DNA of 64,000 nt from Azolla caroliniana (taxonomy: Eukaryota > Plantae > Polypodiophyta): NCBI GenBank assembly GCA_043228905.1, contig JBHGNT010000002.1, forward strand, positions 13,144,001 through 13,208,000, given 5' to 3'. Shown piece by piece: positions 12,091 to 26,010 of the stretch (within the stretch, counting starts at the first letter, position 1; each line of letters starts with the position of its first letter). The translations under genes and the position numbers were made by a program. The notes beneath the pieces were generated by a model. The model did not search any database. It was not told the DNA's origin and was given only the letters and a program-made list of their open reading frames with translations.

Positions 12091-14514
12091 ACACTCCCCC
12101 TCAAGCTCAACTTGAGGTTGGTCCATCGTGTCAATGTCCGCCAGTTCTTTCCTCCAACTCCTCCTAGCGTCTTCCCATCTTGCTTGCGCTCCTCGACCCA
12201 TCTGATCTCACTTTCCACGACTCGTCTGATTTCACGCACCTCAACCTTCACTATCGGTTTGTCTACTCATAAGGCCCATCTAAGCACCTTCACTGATGTG
12301 ATTTTGGTGTCGTCGGTTCCTCCATTTCGGCGTCGACTTTCGTTGTCGTCTTGTCTATTTGGCCTTCAATTGGTCCGTCTCCTCCAAATCAAACTATTCA
12401 ACCAAATCGGTTGCCTCCGATTTGTTCCCGGTATTGCCTCCAACCACATGCAAGACACAGACGGTCGTCATCTTCGCGATTGGCACGAACGTAGACATTG
12501 TACCGATTGACGAAGCCCTTGGCCACTAACCAGGCCTTGTACCGATTGATGAAGCCGTTGACATTGAACTTGATCTTGTAAACTGCCCTGCATCCGATCG
12601 GCTCCATGCCCTTGGGGGCATCAACTAGGTCCCATGTCTCATTCTACGCTATCACTCACATCTCTTCCTTCATAACGGCATGCCAATTCGCATCTTTCGC
12701 CACTTTTGCATAGCTCTCCAGCTCACGCACTTTCGCCACTTTCGTCATGTACGCATAATGATGCGCCATGTACTCGTTATAACCATAACACTTCACGAGA
12801 TTCTTCTGGCAGGTCGATCGGCATAACTTCTTGTTTGCTGATTTTAGGGCCCTCTTGGCCAACTCGGACTTCGTCTCCAAAGATCCTTCTTCATGCTTTC
12901 CAGAGTCAGATTCGCTCCAATCAAACTCTTCCTTTTCGGTGCCATATTCTAGCATCTTCTTCTTTCCTTTCTCCTTCTGCGTGACCGTTTCCTTGGTTCC
13001 TTGCATGGGGAATGCACGACCGAGTCCCCACTACTCGCCGGCTCTTCATCCGACTAGTCGTTCCGACTCAGTCTCTCATTCGACCCACTTCGCTGAAATG
13101 AAATTTGACTCTCCTCTAGAGCTCTGATCCCTTCTTCTTCGACAAGGATCATTTCGGGCTCATTGACCTCATCCTCAATGATTGGGTGGTCAAAGTTGTC
13201 AGTAGGGAGTAGCAGGATGTCGACTCGTCAAATTCAACATCATGGCTTACTCGAACTTGTTTGGTCTGGGGGTTATAACAGTTATACTCCTTCTGCTCAT
13301 GAGAGTAGCTGACCATTATGCATTTCTTCTTCTTTAGGTCCAACGTCCTCCTCTCCTCATCAAGCACATGAACATAGACAACGTTATCGAATATCCTTAA
13401 GTGTCGTAAGTTCAGCTTCTGCCCGAAATACAACTCGTGTGCCGACACCTTCTCCTTGATCCAATTTTGGATGTAGATTGTTGTTCGAACTTCTTCAACC
13501 CAGTAGAACTTGGGCATGTTCTTCTTCTTCAGCTTCGCCCGTGCCGCTTCCACAATAGAGCAATTCTTCCGCTCGGCTATGCCATTTTACTCTAGAGTAT
13601 ATCTACAGCTGAATTCTCTCTAAAATCCCATATGCTGCAAAGAACAGTTGAATTGGCTGGAAAAATATTCTTTTCCACCATCCGATTGTAAGCACTTTAT
13701 ATTCCCCTCCGTTTCTATTTTGACTAAACTTTGAAAATTCCGGAAACAGTCGAAGACTTCACTCTTCTTTCGATGAGGTAGATCCACATGTACTAGTCGT
13801 TGATGAAAAAGACAAAATATCGACCTTTGCCAAAACTTACATTTTGAGTCGGTCCCCATACATCTGAATGTATCAAGTCGAGCTTGTTCTGGCTCCGGTG
13901 TTGCTTCCCAAGCTAGCATGCTTCACAAATTTGGGCCTTCCAGCCCCTAAATTTCAGCAATCCGAATACCACTTGATTCGATGGCAGATCCTAAAACCTC
14001 CAATAGTTGACGTGGCTGATCTCCTTGTGCCATTAGTCGATATCTGACTCGACATTCTGTCCTTTCACAAACAAAGAGGTGCCAACGTCGTTGGTGTTGA
14101 GGATGAACATCCTCCTTTCCTGGTGCCCTTGCACAATAATTTGACCCTCTTCCTCGATGAAGCACCTAAGATGGGTGAATCGAACTTGCATTCCCTGGTC
14201 GAAGATCTGACTGACCGACATTGGGTTCTTTGTTATTGTTGGGACATGAATGTTGAACACAGTGCTCGGCCACAACCGAGGAATAGGATTAACTCACAGA
14301 AAACAGGAAATACAAAATGCACAAAGATAATAGAGAGAAGAGTACACAGGATGTTTTACGTGGAAAACCCTAAATGGGAAAAACCACGTGAGTCCTCAAA
14401 CTCCAACTATCACTATAAACAGAGATGTACAATGGTGAAGCTACAAGGCAACAACCTTGGGCTCACTGTCTTCGCCACAGGCGGCGGTAATACACAGTGG
14501 CAACGACCTCTTCG

Positions 14515-14562
<48 letters not shown>

Positions 14563-14747
14563 CTGCTCACTTAGCTCCCTCTAAGTGGAAAATCAGAAAA
14601 ATGAGTAACAACACTAAACTGTTTGCCCTAAGTCATATTTATACACATATGACTTTCGGGCTATTTACAAATATAGCCTCAAGGGCCCTTGGCAAACATA
14701 TTCACAAATATGTCCCCGCATCTGGATCTCTCTCCGGGTACATTCGT

Positions 14748-14975
14748 CATCCGGCTCCGTAGCCGGGGTCTTCATCATCCGGCTCCGTAGCCGGGGTCTT
14801 CATCATCCGGCTCCGTAGCCGGGGGCTTCATCATCCGGCTCCGTAGTCGGGGGCTTCATCATCCGGCTCCGTAGTCGGGGTCTTCATCATCCGGCTCCGT
14901 AGCCGGGGGCTTCATCATCCGGCTCCGTAGCCGGGGTCTTCATCATCCGGATCCGTAGCCGGGTACTCTTCATCC
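14748..14975. repeat. 28-bp tandem repeat in copia-C U3 (7 units + 1 variant; 4 + 1 in the 5' LTR at about 19660-19800)
   Basis: Unit CATCCGGCTCCGTAGCCGGGGTCTTCAT, counted directly. Confidence 0.9.
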
Positions 14976-15062
14976 TCCGGTTCCGTAACCGCAACCGGGC
15001 TTGCCGTCATTCATCTCCGGACATCCCATCCGGAGGGACAGAAATCCCAACAAACTCCCCCT

Positions 15063-18000
15063 TCACTTCGGCATGGGATGTCTCTCTAATCCGATCCTCT
15101 TCCGGCATGCTTCCAGCTTGTCGGGTGTGAGCACCTTAGTCAGCATATCTGACCCGTTCTCGTCCGTGTGGATCTTCGTCAGCACGAACTCCTTGTCTTC
15201 TATCCTTTCCCGGATCCAGTGGTATCTACGTTGGATGTGTTTCGTCCGGGAATGGTAGGCCGCGTTCTTCGCAAGGTGGATGGCACTCTTGACTATCGCA
15301 GTAGAGCCGGTACTCCTCCTGCCGGATACCGAGCTCTCTAATGAAGTCCTTCATCCATATTATTTCCTTGCCGGCTTCAACAGCCGCCATGTACTCCGCC
15401 TCCGTGGTTGACAGTGCAACCGTCTTCTGCAGCCTTGACTGCCACGAAACAGCTCCCCCTGCATACGTCATCACATACCCTGATGTGGACCGGCTTGTAT
15501 CTGCATCAGCCGACATATCCGAATCGGTAAAGCCGTCGAGTTCGGGCTTACCGGAGCCGAATCGGAGGCACACGTTTGCCGTGCCCTTCAGGTATCGGAG
15601 TATCCACTTGGCCGCGTTCCAGTGTTCTTTGCCGGGATTGCTCATGTATCGGCTCACCACTCCGACTGCATATCCTATGTCCGGTCTTGTACACACCATT
15701 GCGTACATCAAGATTCCGACGGCAGAGGCATATGGTACTTTCATCATGTCCTCCTTCTCAGCCTTTGTCTTGGGGCTTTGCTTGCTGGACAACTTGCAGT
15801 TTGCCGGGAGGGTTGACCCGACCGGTCTTGCTTCCGACATGTTGAACCGGTGAAGCACCTTTGTCACGTACTTCTCTTGTGACAGCCACAACTGCTTCTT
15901 CCTCCGGTCCCGGATGATGTGCATCCCTAGTATTTGCCTCGCCGGACCCAAGTCCTTCATTGAGAAGGTTCGGTGAAGAGCCTTCTTCAGCATCCGTATC
16001 TTAACCTGGTCCCGTCCGACGATCAACATGTCATCCACGTACAGGAGGAGTATTAGAAAGTCTCCTCCTTCGAACTTCTTCACAAACACGCAGTGATCGG
16101 ATTGCGTTTTGTGGTACCCTTCGTCGGTCATGAAGGAGTCGAACTTCCGGTACCACTGCCGGGGAGCCTGCTTCAGTCCGTAAAGGCTCTTCTTCAACCG
16201 GCATACCAGGTGCTCCTTCCCTTTCTTCTCGAATCCTTCCGGTTGCTGCATGTAGATCTCTTCTTCAAGGTCACCGTGAAGGAATGCCGTCTTCACGTCC
16301 ATCTGTTCTACCTCGAGGTCCATGCTTGCCGCTATGCTCAGCACCGTCCGGATGGAGGTCATCTTCACTACCGGGGCAAATATCTCGTCGAAGTCGACGC
16401 CCTTCTTCTGCTGGAACCCCTTCACCACGATCCTGGCTTTGTATCTCGGGGGGTTTCCGGCATCTCCCGGTTTCAGCTTGAACACCCACTTGTTTCGAAG
16501 TGCCCGCTTTCCTTTCGGCAACTCCACAAGTTCATATGTGTGGTTCTCATGCAGGGAATCCATCTCCTCCTGCATGGCACTTAACCACCTGCGGCTATGG
16601 GTGTCAAGCTTTGCTTCTTCAAAACTCTCCGGCTCCCCCTCGTCTGTTAGCAGCACGTGCTCTGGTTCCGGAAATCTCCGGGGTGCCCTTCTCTCTCTTA
16701 GAGGATATCTCCGTTCCGGAGCTTCGGTAACCGGCTCCTCCGTTTCCTCTTCATCCGAATCCATTTCGGGATCGGGGCCGGTTCCGGTATCAGTTTCATC
16801 TTCCTCGGCCGGTTCTGTTTCTTCACCGTCTTCGGCCGGATCTTCAAGTGCTAACCGGTCCCTTGCCGGTCGGGACTGCTCCTCGTAGAGTTGATCCTCA
16901 CCGGTCGACTTGGAGCTCTTCATCTTCTTCTCCGACTCCCAGTCGGCGAGTGTCTTATCCTCCATGAAGATGATATCTCTACTCCTGAATATCTTCTTGT
17001 CGACCGGGTCCCATACTCGGTAGCCGAACTCGTCGTCGCCGTAACCGAGGAATATGCATGGTCGGGTCTTTGGATCTAACTTTCCTCTCCGGTCCTTTGC
17101 CACATGCACGTATGCGAGACACCCGAACACCTTCAGATGCCGGTAGGACACTTCCTTACCGGTCCACACTCTCTGTGGCGTGTCTCCGTCCAAAGGTACT
17201 GAGGGTGATCTGTTTATCACGTATGTCGCCGTCGACATTGCCTCAGCCCAAAATCCCTTGGGTAATTTCGCATGTGCTAGCATACTCCGGACCCTCTCCA
17301 TTATGGTCCGGTTCATCCTCTCGGCCAGCCCGTTCAGTTCCGGCGTCTTCGGCACAGTAAACTCGAGCCGGATTCCCATCGAACGGCAATACTCCTCAAA
17401 TTGCCCTCGGTATTCTCCTCCGTTATCCGCTCGTAGTGCTTTCAGCTTCTTGCCGGATTCTCTTTCCACTCTCGCGTGGAGTTCTTTGAAGACGGACAAT
17501 ACTTGGTCCTTTGTCTTCAACGGTGCCGTCCACAGCTTCCGGCTGTGGTCATCAATGAATGTCACGAAGTACTGGGCTCCGCCATGTGACTTCGTTTCTA
17601 CTTGACACACGTCAGTGTGCACCAACTCCAATGGTGCGCTACGTCTCATCGGTGGCCTTGAGTGGAAGGAGGTTCGGTTCTGCTTACCGGCCAGGCAATC
17701 GGTGCACTTCTCCAGGTGCACATGCTTCACTGGGATAAGGTTGTCTTCGGCAAGCCTCTTCATCCCCTTCTCGCTCATGTGGCACAGTCTCTTGTGCCAC
17801 AGCTCACCGGCAGTGTCAGCTGCCACGTTCAGCTCCTCCGGACATAGCTGGGAATTCATCAGGTACAGAGTGTTGACCTTCCGGGCCCGAGCCACTATCA
17901 GGCTCCCTTTGCTGAACTTCATGACACCGTTCCAGATGCTACCCGTGTAGCCTTCATCGTCTAGCCTCCCGGCCGAAATCAGGTTCAATCGAACCTCCGG

Positions 18001-19137
18001 AACGTGTCGGACATCCTTCAGCAGCATCTTGCATCCGGTTGATGTCATCAGCCACACGTCTCCTATGCCGGCAATCCGGCATGTACCTTCATTTCCCATC
18101 CGGACACAGCCGTGCTCACCGGCTGTGTAGGATGAGAAGTATTTCTTCTCCGGGGTCAGGTGGAACGACGCTCCGGAATCGACCACCCAGGTCATCTCTT
18201 CACCGGCAAGGTTCAGCTCCCTCTCTTCGGTAATGAGCATTATCTCTTCTTCACTTGCCGCGAGTGCCGTCGTTCCTTTCCGGTCCTGCCCTCGCCGATC
18301 CGGACCTCTCCGGTCCGTGGCTCCCCGGTATGTATCGTTTCGCTCCGGTGACTTCTTCGAATCGGTACCGTCGGTTCCGTTGTCTTTCCGGAAATGCCGA
18401 CAGTTCTTCTGGAAGTGCCCCGGCTTCCCACAGTAGAAGCATGTAGGTCTTCCCCTCGACTGCGACCGTGTCCCCGACTTCTCCTGTCTTTGCGGACTCC
18501 GGTACCGTTGTCTTCCCCGTTCCGATTCGGTAAGCAGCGCCTTCGAGTCGGAGGCCGGTTCTTTATCTCTCCGACGCGCTTCTTCATTTAGAATACTTGT
18601 CTTTACCGTTAGTAAAGACAAGTTCTCTTCCTTACAGGAGGTGCTGAGAGTAACTACCAAATTCTCCCAGCTCTCCGGAAGGGTACACATCAGCATGATG
18701 GCTTGCATTGCGTCATCCAACGGGAACTTGATCGCCGCAAGCTGGTTCACGAATCCCATGAATGTGCTGACGTGTTCGACCATGCTCTCGCCGTCCCGGT
18801 ACTTAAGATTCACTATCTTCCTCATCAGGGAGGTCCGGGTCAGAGCATTCTTCCTCTCATACAGTCCGGATAGCTTCTGCCACATCTCATAGGCATTCGT
18901 ATCGTTCGCCACATGTTGCAGAACACTTACATCGACATATTGCCGGATCGTCGCTACGGCTTTCCGGTTCAGGAGCTTCCACTCCGACTCTATCACCCCC
19001 TTTCGTATCTCGGCATTGTCGATCGGTTCGTACAGGTCTCGGACGATGAGAAGGTCTTCCATCTTTATCTTCCAGTCGGCGTAGTTCTGTGAGTTCAACA
19101 CCATCATGCCCGGAGGCCCACTACCGCCGCCTTCCAT
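15063..19137 (-). pseudogene. copia-C Gag-Pol with a +1 frameshift in RNase H
   Basis: ORF 15226-19191 is nearly identical to the 55871-59944 protein until CDSQ, then goes out of frame (extra base near 15290: CTCTTGACT vs CTCTGACT). Confidence 0.88.
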
Positions 19138-19432
19138 TTTCTGTGTTAACCTCGCTCTGATACCACTTTGTTGAACACAGTGCTCGGCCACAACCGAGGA
19201 ATAGGATTAACTCACAGAAAACAGGAAATACAAAATGCACAAAGATAATAGAGAGAAGAGTACACAGGATGTTTTACGTGGAAAACCCTAAATGGGAAAA
19301 ACCACGTGAGTCCTCAAACTCCAACTATCACTATAAACAGAGATGTACAATAGTGAAGCTACAAGGCAACAACCTTGGGCTCACTGTCTTCGCCACAGGC
19401 GGCGGTAATACACAGAGGCAACGACCTCTTCG

Positions 19433-19474
<42 letters not shown>

Positions 19475-21518
19475 CTGCTCACTTAGCTCCCTCTAAGTGG
19501 AAAATCAGAAAAATGAGTAACAACACTAAACTGTTTGCCCTAAGTCATATTTATACACATATGACTTTCGGGCTATTTACAAATATAGCCTCAAGGGCCC
19601 TTGGCAAACATATTCACAAATATGTCCCCGCATCCGGATCTCTCTCCGGGTACATTCGTCATCCGGCTCCGTAGCCGGGGTCTTCATCATCCGGCTCCGT
19701 AGCCGGGGGCTTCATCATCCGGCTCCGTAGCCGGGGTCTTCATCATCCGGCTCCGTAGCCGGGGTCTTCATCATCCGGATCCGTAGCCGGGTACTCTTCA
19801 TCCTCCGGTTCTGTAACCGCAACCGGGCTTGCCGTCATTCATCTCCGGACATCCCATCCAGAGGGACCGAAATCCCAACAATGAAGCACATTCATCAATC
19901 TCCCCTTCTATCCGACATGACTTAAGGGGACTTCACCGACATGTTTGATCGGGTGCAGAGTGTCGTCTTCGGTTTCGACCACTCCCAGTTGCTCCGGTTT
20001 CTCTAAATAAGAGAACCACTCTTCATGGCTTGTCATATGATTTGACACTCCGGGGTCAACGTACCACACCTCATCCGATTGTGAGGTGGTCTTCTTCATC
20101 GAGTTCGCCTTGTGCTTCATCACAAAGGATGACCCTTTTCCGATCCTTCCAGTTCCGGAATTTTCCGATCCTTCAGTGTAGTGCGACCTTTGCCAATTTC
20201 CATGTTTGGCTTTGCCGGATCCAGATTTGTCCGAATCAGTGCGCTTCCTCCAACACTAGCTCTCTCAGTGGCCTTTCTTGCCACAATACCAGCATTCCGT
20301 GTCGGCCTTTGCTGCCGATTTCTGGCGCCGCCTTGACCCCCCCTGCATGTGGAGGGTCCAGAATTGTTGTCTGCACCACCTATGTGCCTCCTTTCTTACT
20401 CGCAGTTGCCAATGTTGTGTGCTGACCCACCTCGTCTGCCATGCCCACGATGTTGATCTGCCTTTGTGTACAACATACAGTTGTCTGATTGACTGGTCCT
20501 CGACCCACTTGCGTGGTTTTCTTCGACCATCAACATCAATTGCAAGTCAAAGAAGGATGGTGGCTTCTCTCGGGTGCATATCACTGTCCCGATTGGCCCG
20601 TACCTCTACGCTAGGCCACGGAGGCAAATCTGCACCATTTCATCTTCGTCCACTGTCATGTTGATGGACCCTAGGGCGTCATAGATATCCTTTATCTTTC
20701 TATTGTACTTAGTGACCGACATGTCCCTTTGCTGGATGTTAGCGGCGAAAACCCTTCTGAGATTTTCCCAGGCTTCCTTCAGCATTTTCGCGTCTCTAAT
20801 ATAACCGAGCATTTGATCGTGCACACAGGACGTGATGCAGTACAACACTTTGCTCGCTGCTTGTTCCCATACCATGAAGTCCTTGTGTGCCAGCTCCGGC
20901 GCTACCTCGTTTTCTCCTTCAACATAACTCCAGTAGTCGCGCCTCAACAGGTACATGTGCATCTTGTAGGACCAAGATGCATAGTTGCTTCTATCAGATG
21001 CGAGCTTGCAATGCTTCTATCCATTTCCTCTTCTATTTGTTCTTATCCAGTATTAGGGTTTGTTTATGTTACAACTCTTGTCAGCAATAGAGGATTCTCA
21101 ACCCTCTTGCAGAAGCTTGTAGACACAACCAGTTCTGCCAGATAACAACAGAAAACAGAATGAAGGTTTAATGGAAAGCTTCAAAATACACAGAGAATAC
21201 ACAGGAGAGACAAAGAGATCAGAACACACAAAACTATATTCAAAATACTCTATAGACTCTGTACATAAAAATGTGTTTTAGAGCACTTTTTTATACAAGT
21301 CCCTAAAAGGACTGATAGAAGTATTGACAAGTACTTCAATGCTCATATTGAGCTACTGACACTAACTCCTAGAACCATAACTACCTAGTAGACTAGGAGC
21401 GTAGGTTTCCAACGGCCTACCGGTTCGCACATAGATCAGGCTCCCGAATTCGGCTCACCAATCCGGATCTCAGCTTATTTAGTCGATCCGGACCACGTTG
21501 AGCTTGCTCAGTCAACAA

Positions 21519-22199
21519 ACCGGGTGTGCCAAAATATTGTGTTGTCTCTGTCGACTGACACAATGATTTGAACATCTTACTTCCTAAGTTGTTCTGTCAT
21601 GAAGATTGTGGTTGGATATATGGTGTTTGTCGACACTAATTACTTACTCAGATCTTGATGTAAACAATGGTTACTCAGAACTGAATTACTTTGATTAGAG
21701 CATAAGTTCTTGGTCGACTGTTAGTTATAAATATAATTTGTGTAATAGAGAAACATATCAGAACATCTGACACAGTAATTAGGTAGAGAAAAGGAATCAG
21801 AATAGTCGACATAGTAAATACTCTAACTAGCGAAATTATAATTAATAAACCCCAAATCGACTGATATTGATACAATGCTCTCGGTCCCTTTTTATAGACG
21901 ACCTGAGAGACTCTTACAAGATAGTACACTTGCTTATTCAACAAGAACCTATAGTTATACTAATTTTTCTATTTCCTAAATTACTCTATTTTTCCTACTT
22001 GGCAAAATACACTACCGACTCTGTCTTTTCACACTTGTCTGAGTCCCCTTCTCGACCTCTACACTTCGGGTAGCCGATCGGCTAACATCGGACGATCCAA
22101 AATTAGAACCGGATGAGCCGACCGATATTTGGGGTCCATCCGACCAGATAGGTGGGTCGGATTGGGCTACAACGAAGCACCCAGTCTCAGCTTCTATCA
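21519..22199 (-). mobile_element. Remnant 5' LTR plus tRNA-Arg PBS of a Tat-like gypsy element
   Basis: TGTGTTGTCTCTG terminus shared with 11570; minus-strand TGGCACACCCGGT at 21519-21531. Right boundary uncertain. Confidence 0.55.
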
Positions 22200-23774
22200 C
22201 TGACCTCCTTGGTCCAGAACCCCGGTGGTCCCACCCAAGCCGACCTGCAAGCCACGGATGTCCACGACTTCTTTCGTGAACCCGATGTGAAGGGGCGGTA
22301 AGGGTTTCTTCTTGGTGATAGATGATGGGCTTTCAACCAATTGGGTCGTGGCAAAGAGGGTATGTAACCGATTCGACAAACGGCGGGAGTGGAATGATGA
22401 AACACCGGCATGCGGCCAAACATCTGGAAGTAGAATCATGGAGGGGCCCATCCAGACTAAAGAGACAAGAAGGCGAGCCGACATAGGCCCACCAACCCCA
22501 ACGAACATTGTTGAAGGGTACTCCAGAGGGTCTACATTGGACGAGCTTACAAAGATAGTACGAGACTATTGAGCAAGCAAGCTCAACCTGGGTTGGATCG
22601 ACTGAAGAAGTCAGGAACTAGATAGGAGGGAAACCGATCGGTTAGGCCCGGATCAGCAAAAGAAGCCGAGAATCGGATCGGAGGGAAACCGATTGGTTAC
22701 GTCTGGATCAGCTAAGGAAGCCAGGAGCCGGTAGGCCGTTAGGACCTATATTCCTCATAGGAATATTTTAGGTGTCAGTGTCAGTAGCTCATTTATGAAC
22801 ATTGAAGTCCCTTAGCTGCAACAACGTTTTGGAGATCCCCTCAGTCATTTTGAGGACTTGTTAAATAGTGCTCCCTGAGCACATTGCATGTACAGAGTAT
22901 TATTATTTTGAATATGGGTTGTGTTTTCTGCTCAACTCTATCACTATGTCAATCTCATCTCATCTCTACATATACCTAATTGTCCTGTTTCCAGATAATC
23001 AAGTGTATTTTGTGCTTAACATAACACTTCCACATGTATTCTTTTACATGGTACCAAAGCGCGACGGTTAGAAGCATCCTCTGTTATCGACAAAGCGAAC
23101 AAGACAAGTCACGTTTTTTTCATCTTTTGGAGAAGAAGAGACGGGAACATGGATAGAGGTATGGGAAGCTCACTTTCAAGAGAGAAGCTCGATAGCAGCA
23201 ACTATGTAGCTTGCTCGTAGAAGATGCACCAGTACCTGATGGGGCATGGGTACTGGAGTTATGTCGAAGGCACAAATGATGTAGCACCAGATGTGACACA
23301 CAGGGAATTTCCAGCTTGGGAACAGGGTAAGCAGAGTATACTGCTTCGCATCCAGTGTCGGAAATCAGCTACTCAGCTACATCCGAGACACCAAGACGCC
23401 TAAAGATGCTTGGACGAATGTGAAGAGGGTCTTTTCTACAAGCACGATGGCCAAGAAGCTATAACTCAAACATGAGTTGAGAAATGTTTGACATAGAGAC
23501 ATGTCCAAGGTCAACTACACTCTAAGATCAAGGAGATCTACGATTCACTCGCCTCCATCAACGTGACCGTCAAGGAGGAGGAAATGGTGCAAGTATGTCT
23601 TGGAGGGCTGGCATCTAAGTTTGGATCATTCCAAACGGCAATCTGCACGAGAGAGAATACTTCCTCGTTCTTCGAGCTACAATCAATGTTGCTCGTTGAA
23701 GAAAACCATACAAGTGCGCCAACGAGCACGCATGCCGACAACAAGATGTTGTACATAAAGGTGGATTGGCACGA

Positions 23775-26010
23775 TGTCGTGAAGATTTTCGGCAATGGTG
23801 TGAAAATCACATAAGACGTACGAAATCAAGTGTCAATCATATAAAACAATAATAGTGAATATACTAATTCTAAGTAAGTTTAAATATCTTAGTACAAAAG
23901 ACAAAGATCTTGAAGAGATGCACTTTACTACATAAGAAACGGACATCTAAGTGTCAACTTATGTGGGTAAGAAGTTGTGAAAGAAAAAGAGAAAATTGTG
24001 AGATATCCCACATAAATAGGACGAATTGGCCTCTCACCACATATAACGTAGAGCAAAAGTTATTATTTTTGTGTTTATGTGTGGAGCATAGAGAGTTCAA
24101 GGTAACTTGAACTAAGAGTGGAGGTGGCCTAGCCACTTATAAAGGTTTTGGCCAACCAAATCGGAACGCGATTGGTGATCCGGCAGTATCGGCGACCGAC
24201 AATAACCGGCAGCATCAGCATCCGGTGATCCGACGGCGCACCGACAATATATATGTATATATATACATATACAAGGAAGGCAAGTAAAGATTCGAACCTT
24301 GCACCTCCAAGTTAGGAGTCAATTGTCTTACCACTGAGCCATGACATTTAGTTAAATTTATATTTTTATCATAGTACTTTTACATGTAAATTCTCATACA
24401 TGAGAGCTAAAATGAGTGACATGGTTATCATGCACCACATGTAATACATGAGCGCCAAATGGCAAACATGCATTTTATGCATGTCTTGTACCCTCACATG
24501 CATCATATGCATGAGAGTATCTATAAAAGAAGGGATGACAAAGAAGACGGGTTAGGCTCTTTTGGTTATGAAATTAAGAAGAAGAAAATTCATTATTGAA
24601 TTGATGGTGTAACTTGTCTCTTAAAATCTAAAATCAAGAGTTCAATCTTAATCTCTCTTTCAATCTAGCTTAAGTACTTTCTCGTCTCTTGTCCATATCA
24701 ATCTTTCTCAATCTAAGTCAAGGGTTTAATCTTAATCTCAACTTCTCTCTTTCCCAATCTATCCTAAATACTTCCTCACTAAGCTTGTACCGACTTCGAA
24801 TCCTTCCGGTCCAAAACCTCGGCGGTTCCGCCTCGCGATCCGCACCTAGTGACGGATCTTCACGAATTCTTGTATCCGACGCTTGTCCTTCTTGTCGGGT
24901 AGTACTAGTTTACATGCGCCACTAGGTGTGACACATGTTGCTTCTCCTCGCAATCCACGCACTCTTCTTACTTGTGGGGTCTAGTGATTGCTGAGACTAT
25001 TTGTGCCCCATGCTTCAATAGTCCACTCTAAAAATCCGAGGATTCGCCTCTGAGACTATCTCGATTCCTTTCATGATTGGCTCGCACCGTTAGGAATTGG
25101 ACCAACCTTTGGTTCTCAAGACTCTTTATTCGTGCGAAGGCTGCTCCATTATCGAACACTTTGGTCTCCATCCGAGATGATGTGATATAAGGTTGCCCTA
25201 GGATGACAGGGTCTCCATCCGAGATGACAGAGCAAAAGTTATTATTTTTGTGTCTATGTGTGGAGCATAGAGAGTTCAAGGTAACTTGAACTAAGAGTGG
25301 AGGTGGCCTAGCCACTCGTAAAGATTTTGGCCAACCAAAACGAAACTGGACGGTCACCGGCGGTATCGGCATCCGACGGAGCCGGCGAGGTGGCAGCGGT
25401 AGCCACCGGTAACCGGCGGTGCACCGGCATCCGGCGACTAGATAAATAAATATATAAATAAGTATACAAGGAGGGTAAGTAAAGATTCGAACCTTGCACC
25501 TCCAAGTTAGGAGTCAATTGGCTTACCACTAAGCCATGACATTTAGTTGATTTTATATTTTTATCATTATACTTTTACATGTAAATTCTCACACATGAGA
25601 GCTAAAATGAGTGCCATGGTTATCATGCACCACATGTAATACATGAGCGCTAAATGGCAAATATGCATTTTATGCATGTCTTATACCCTCATATGCATCA
25701 TATGCATGAGAGTATCTATAAAAGAAGGGATGAAAAAGAAGACAGGTTAGGCTCTTTTGGTTATGAAATTAAGAAGAAGAAAATTCGTTGTCGTTTTGAT
25801 GATATACCTTGTTCTTGAAATCTAAAGTCAAGAGTTCTTAATCTCTCTCTCAATCTAAAATCAAGCATTCTATCTTATCTCAATCTCTCTCTCTTTCAAT
25901 CTATCTTAATTCCTTTCCCACTAAAGCTAGTGCCAATGTCGAATCCTTCTGATCCAGAACCCCGACGATTCCGCCTCGCGATCCGCGCCTAGTGACAGAT
26001 CTTCACGACA
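23775..26010 (+). mobile_element. Insertion of one full and one 5'-truncated LTR of a TGTCGT...ACGACA family, flanking an inverted gypsy pol fragment
   Basis: 12-bp terminal inverted repeat TGTCGTGAAGAT/ATCTTCACGACA; 24050-24865 is repeated at 25229-26010; minus-strand PVILGQPYITSSRMETKV lies between them. No clear TSD. Confidence 0.7.
24285..24345 (-). ncRNA. tRNA-like Pol III module in the related LTR family; copy at about 25479-25540
   Basis: Minus strand TGGCTCAGTGG ... GGTTCGAATC. Confidence 0.55.

Larger units (their letters stand above)
14251..19880 (-). mobile_element. Full-length Ty1/copia element (copia-C), nested in family B
   Basis: LTRs 14251-15052 (3', 802 bp) and 19169-19880 (5', 712 bp); TG...CA; TSD ATGAA at 14246-14250 and 19881-19885; iMet PBS about 19154-19165; PPT GAAGGGGGAG. 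Confidence 0.96.
12091..21517 (-). mobile_element. Old degraded Ty1/copia element (family B), interrupted by copia-C
   Basis: gag (20606-20962), PR WYVDPGVSNHMT (19908-20123), INT pieces (13149-13919), RT start (12398-12607), PPT GAGGGGGAG before TGTTGAG at 12093. 5' LTR about 21110-21517 resembles the LTRs at 22567 and 28947. Confidence 0.75.

Noticed and set aside
14748-14975. 28-bp repeats resembling a CRISPR array
   Set aside because: Head-to-tail units with no unique spacers, inside a eukaryotic LTR, and no cas genes.
15341-18892. Many plus-strand ORFs opposite copia-C (and 55976-60028 opposite copia-E)
   Set aside because: Shadow ORFs of GC-rich gag-pol with no independent motifs.
24285-24345. 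Functional tRNA gene
   Set aside because: A and B boxes are present, but I could not build a convincing acceptor or anticodon stem; kept only as a tRNA-like module.
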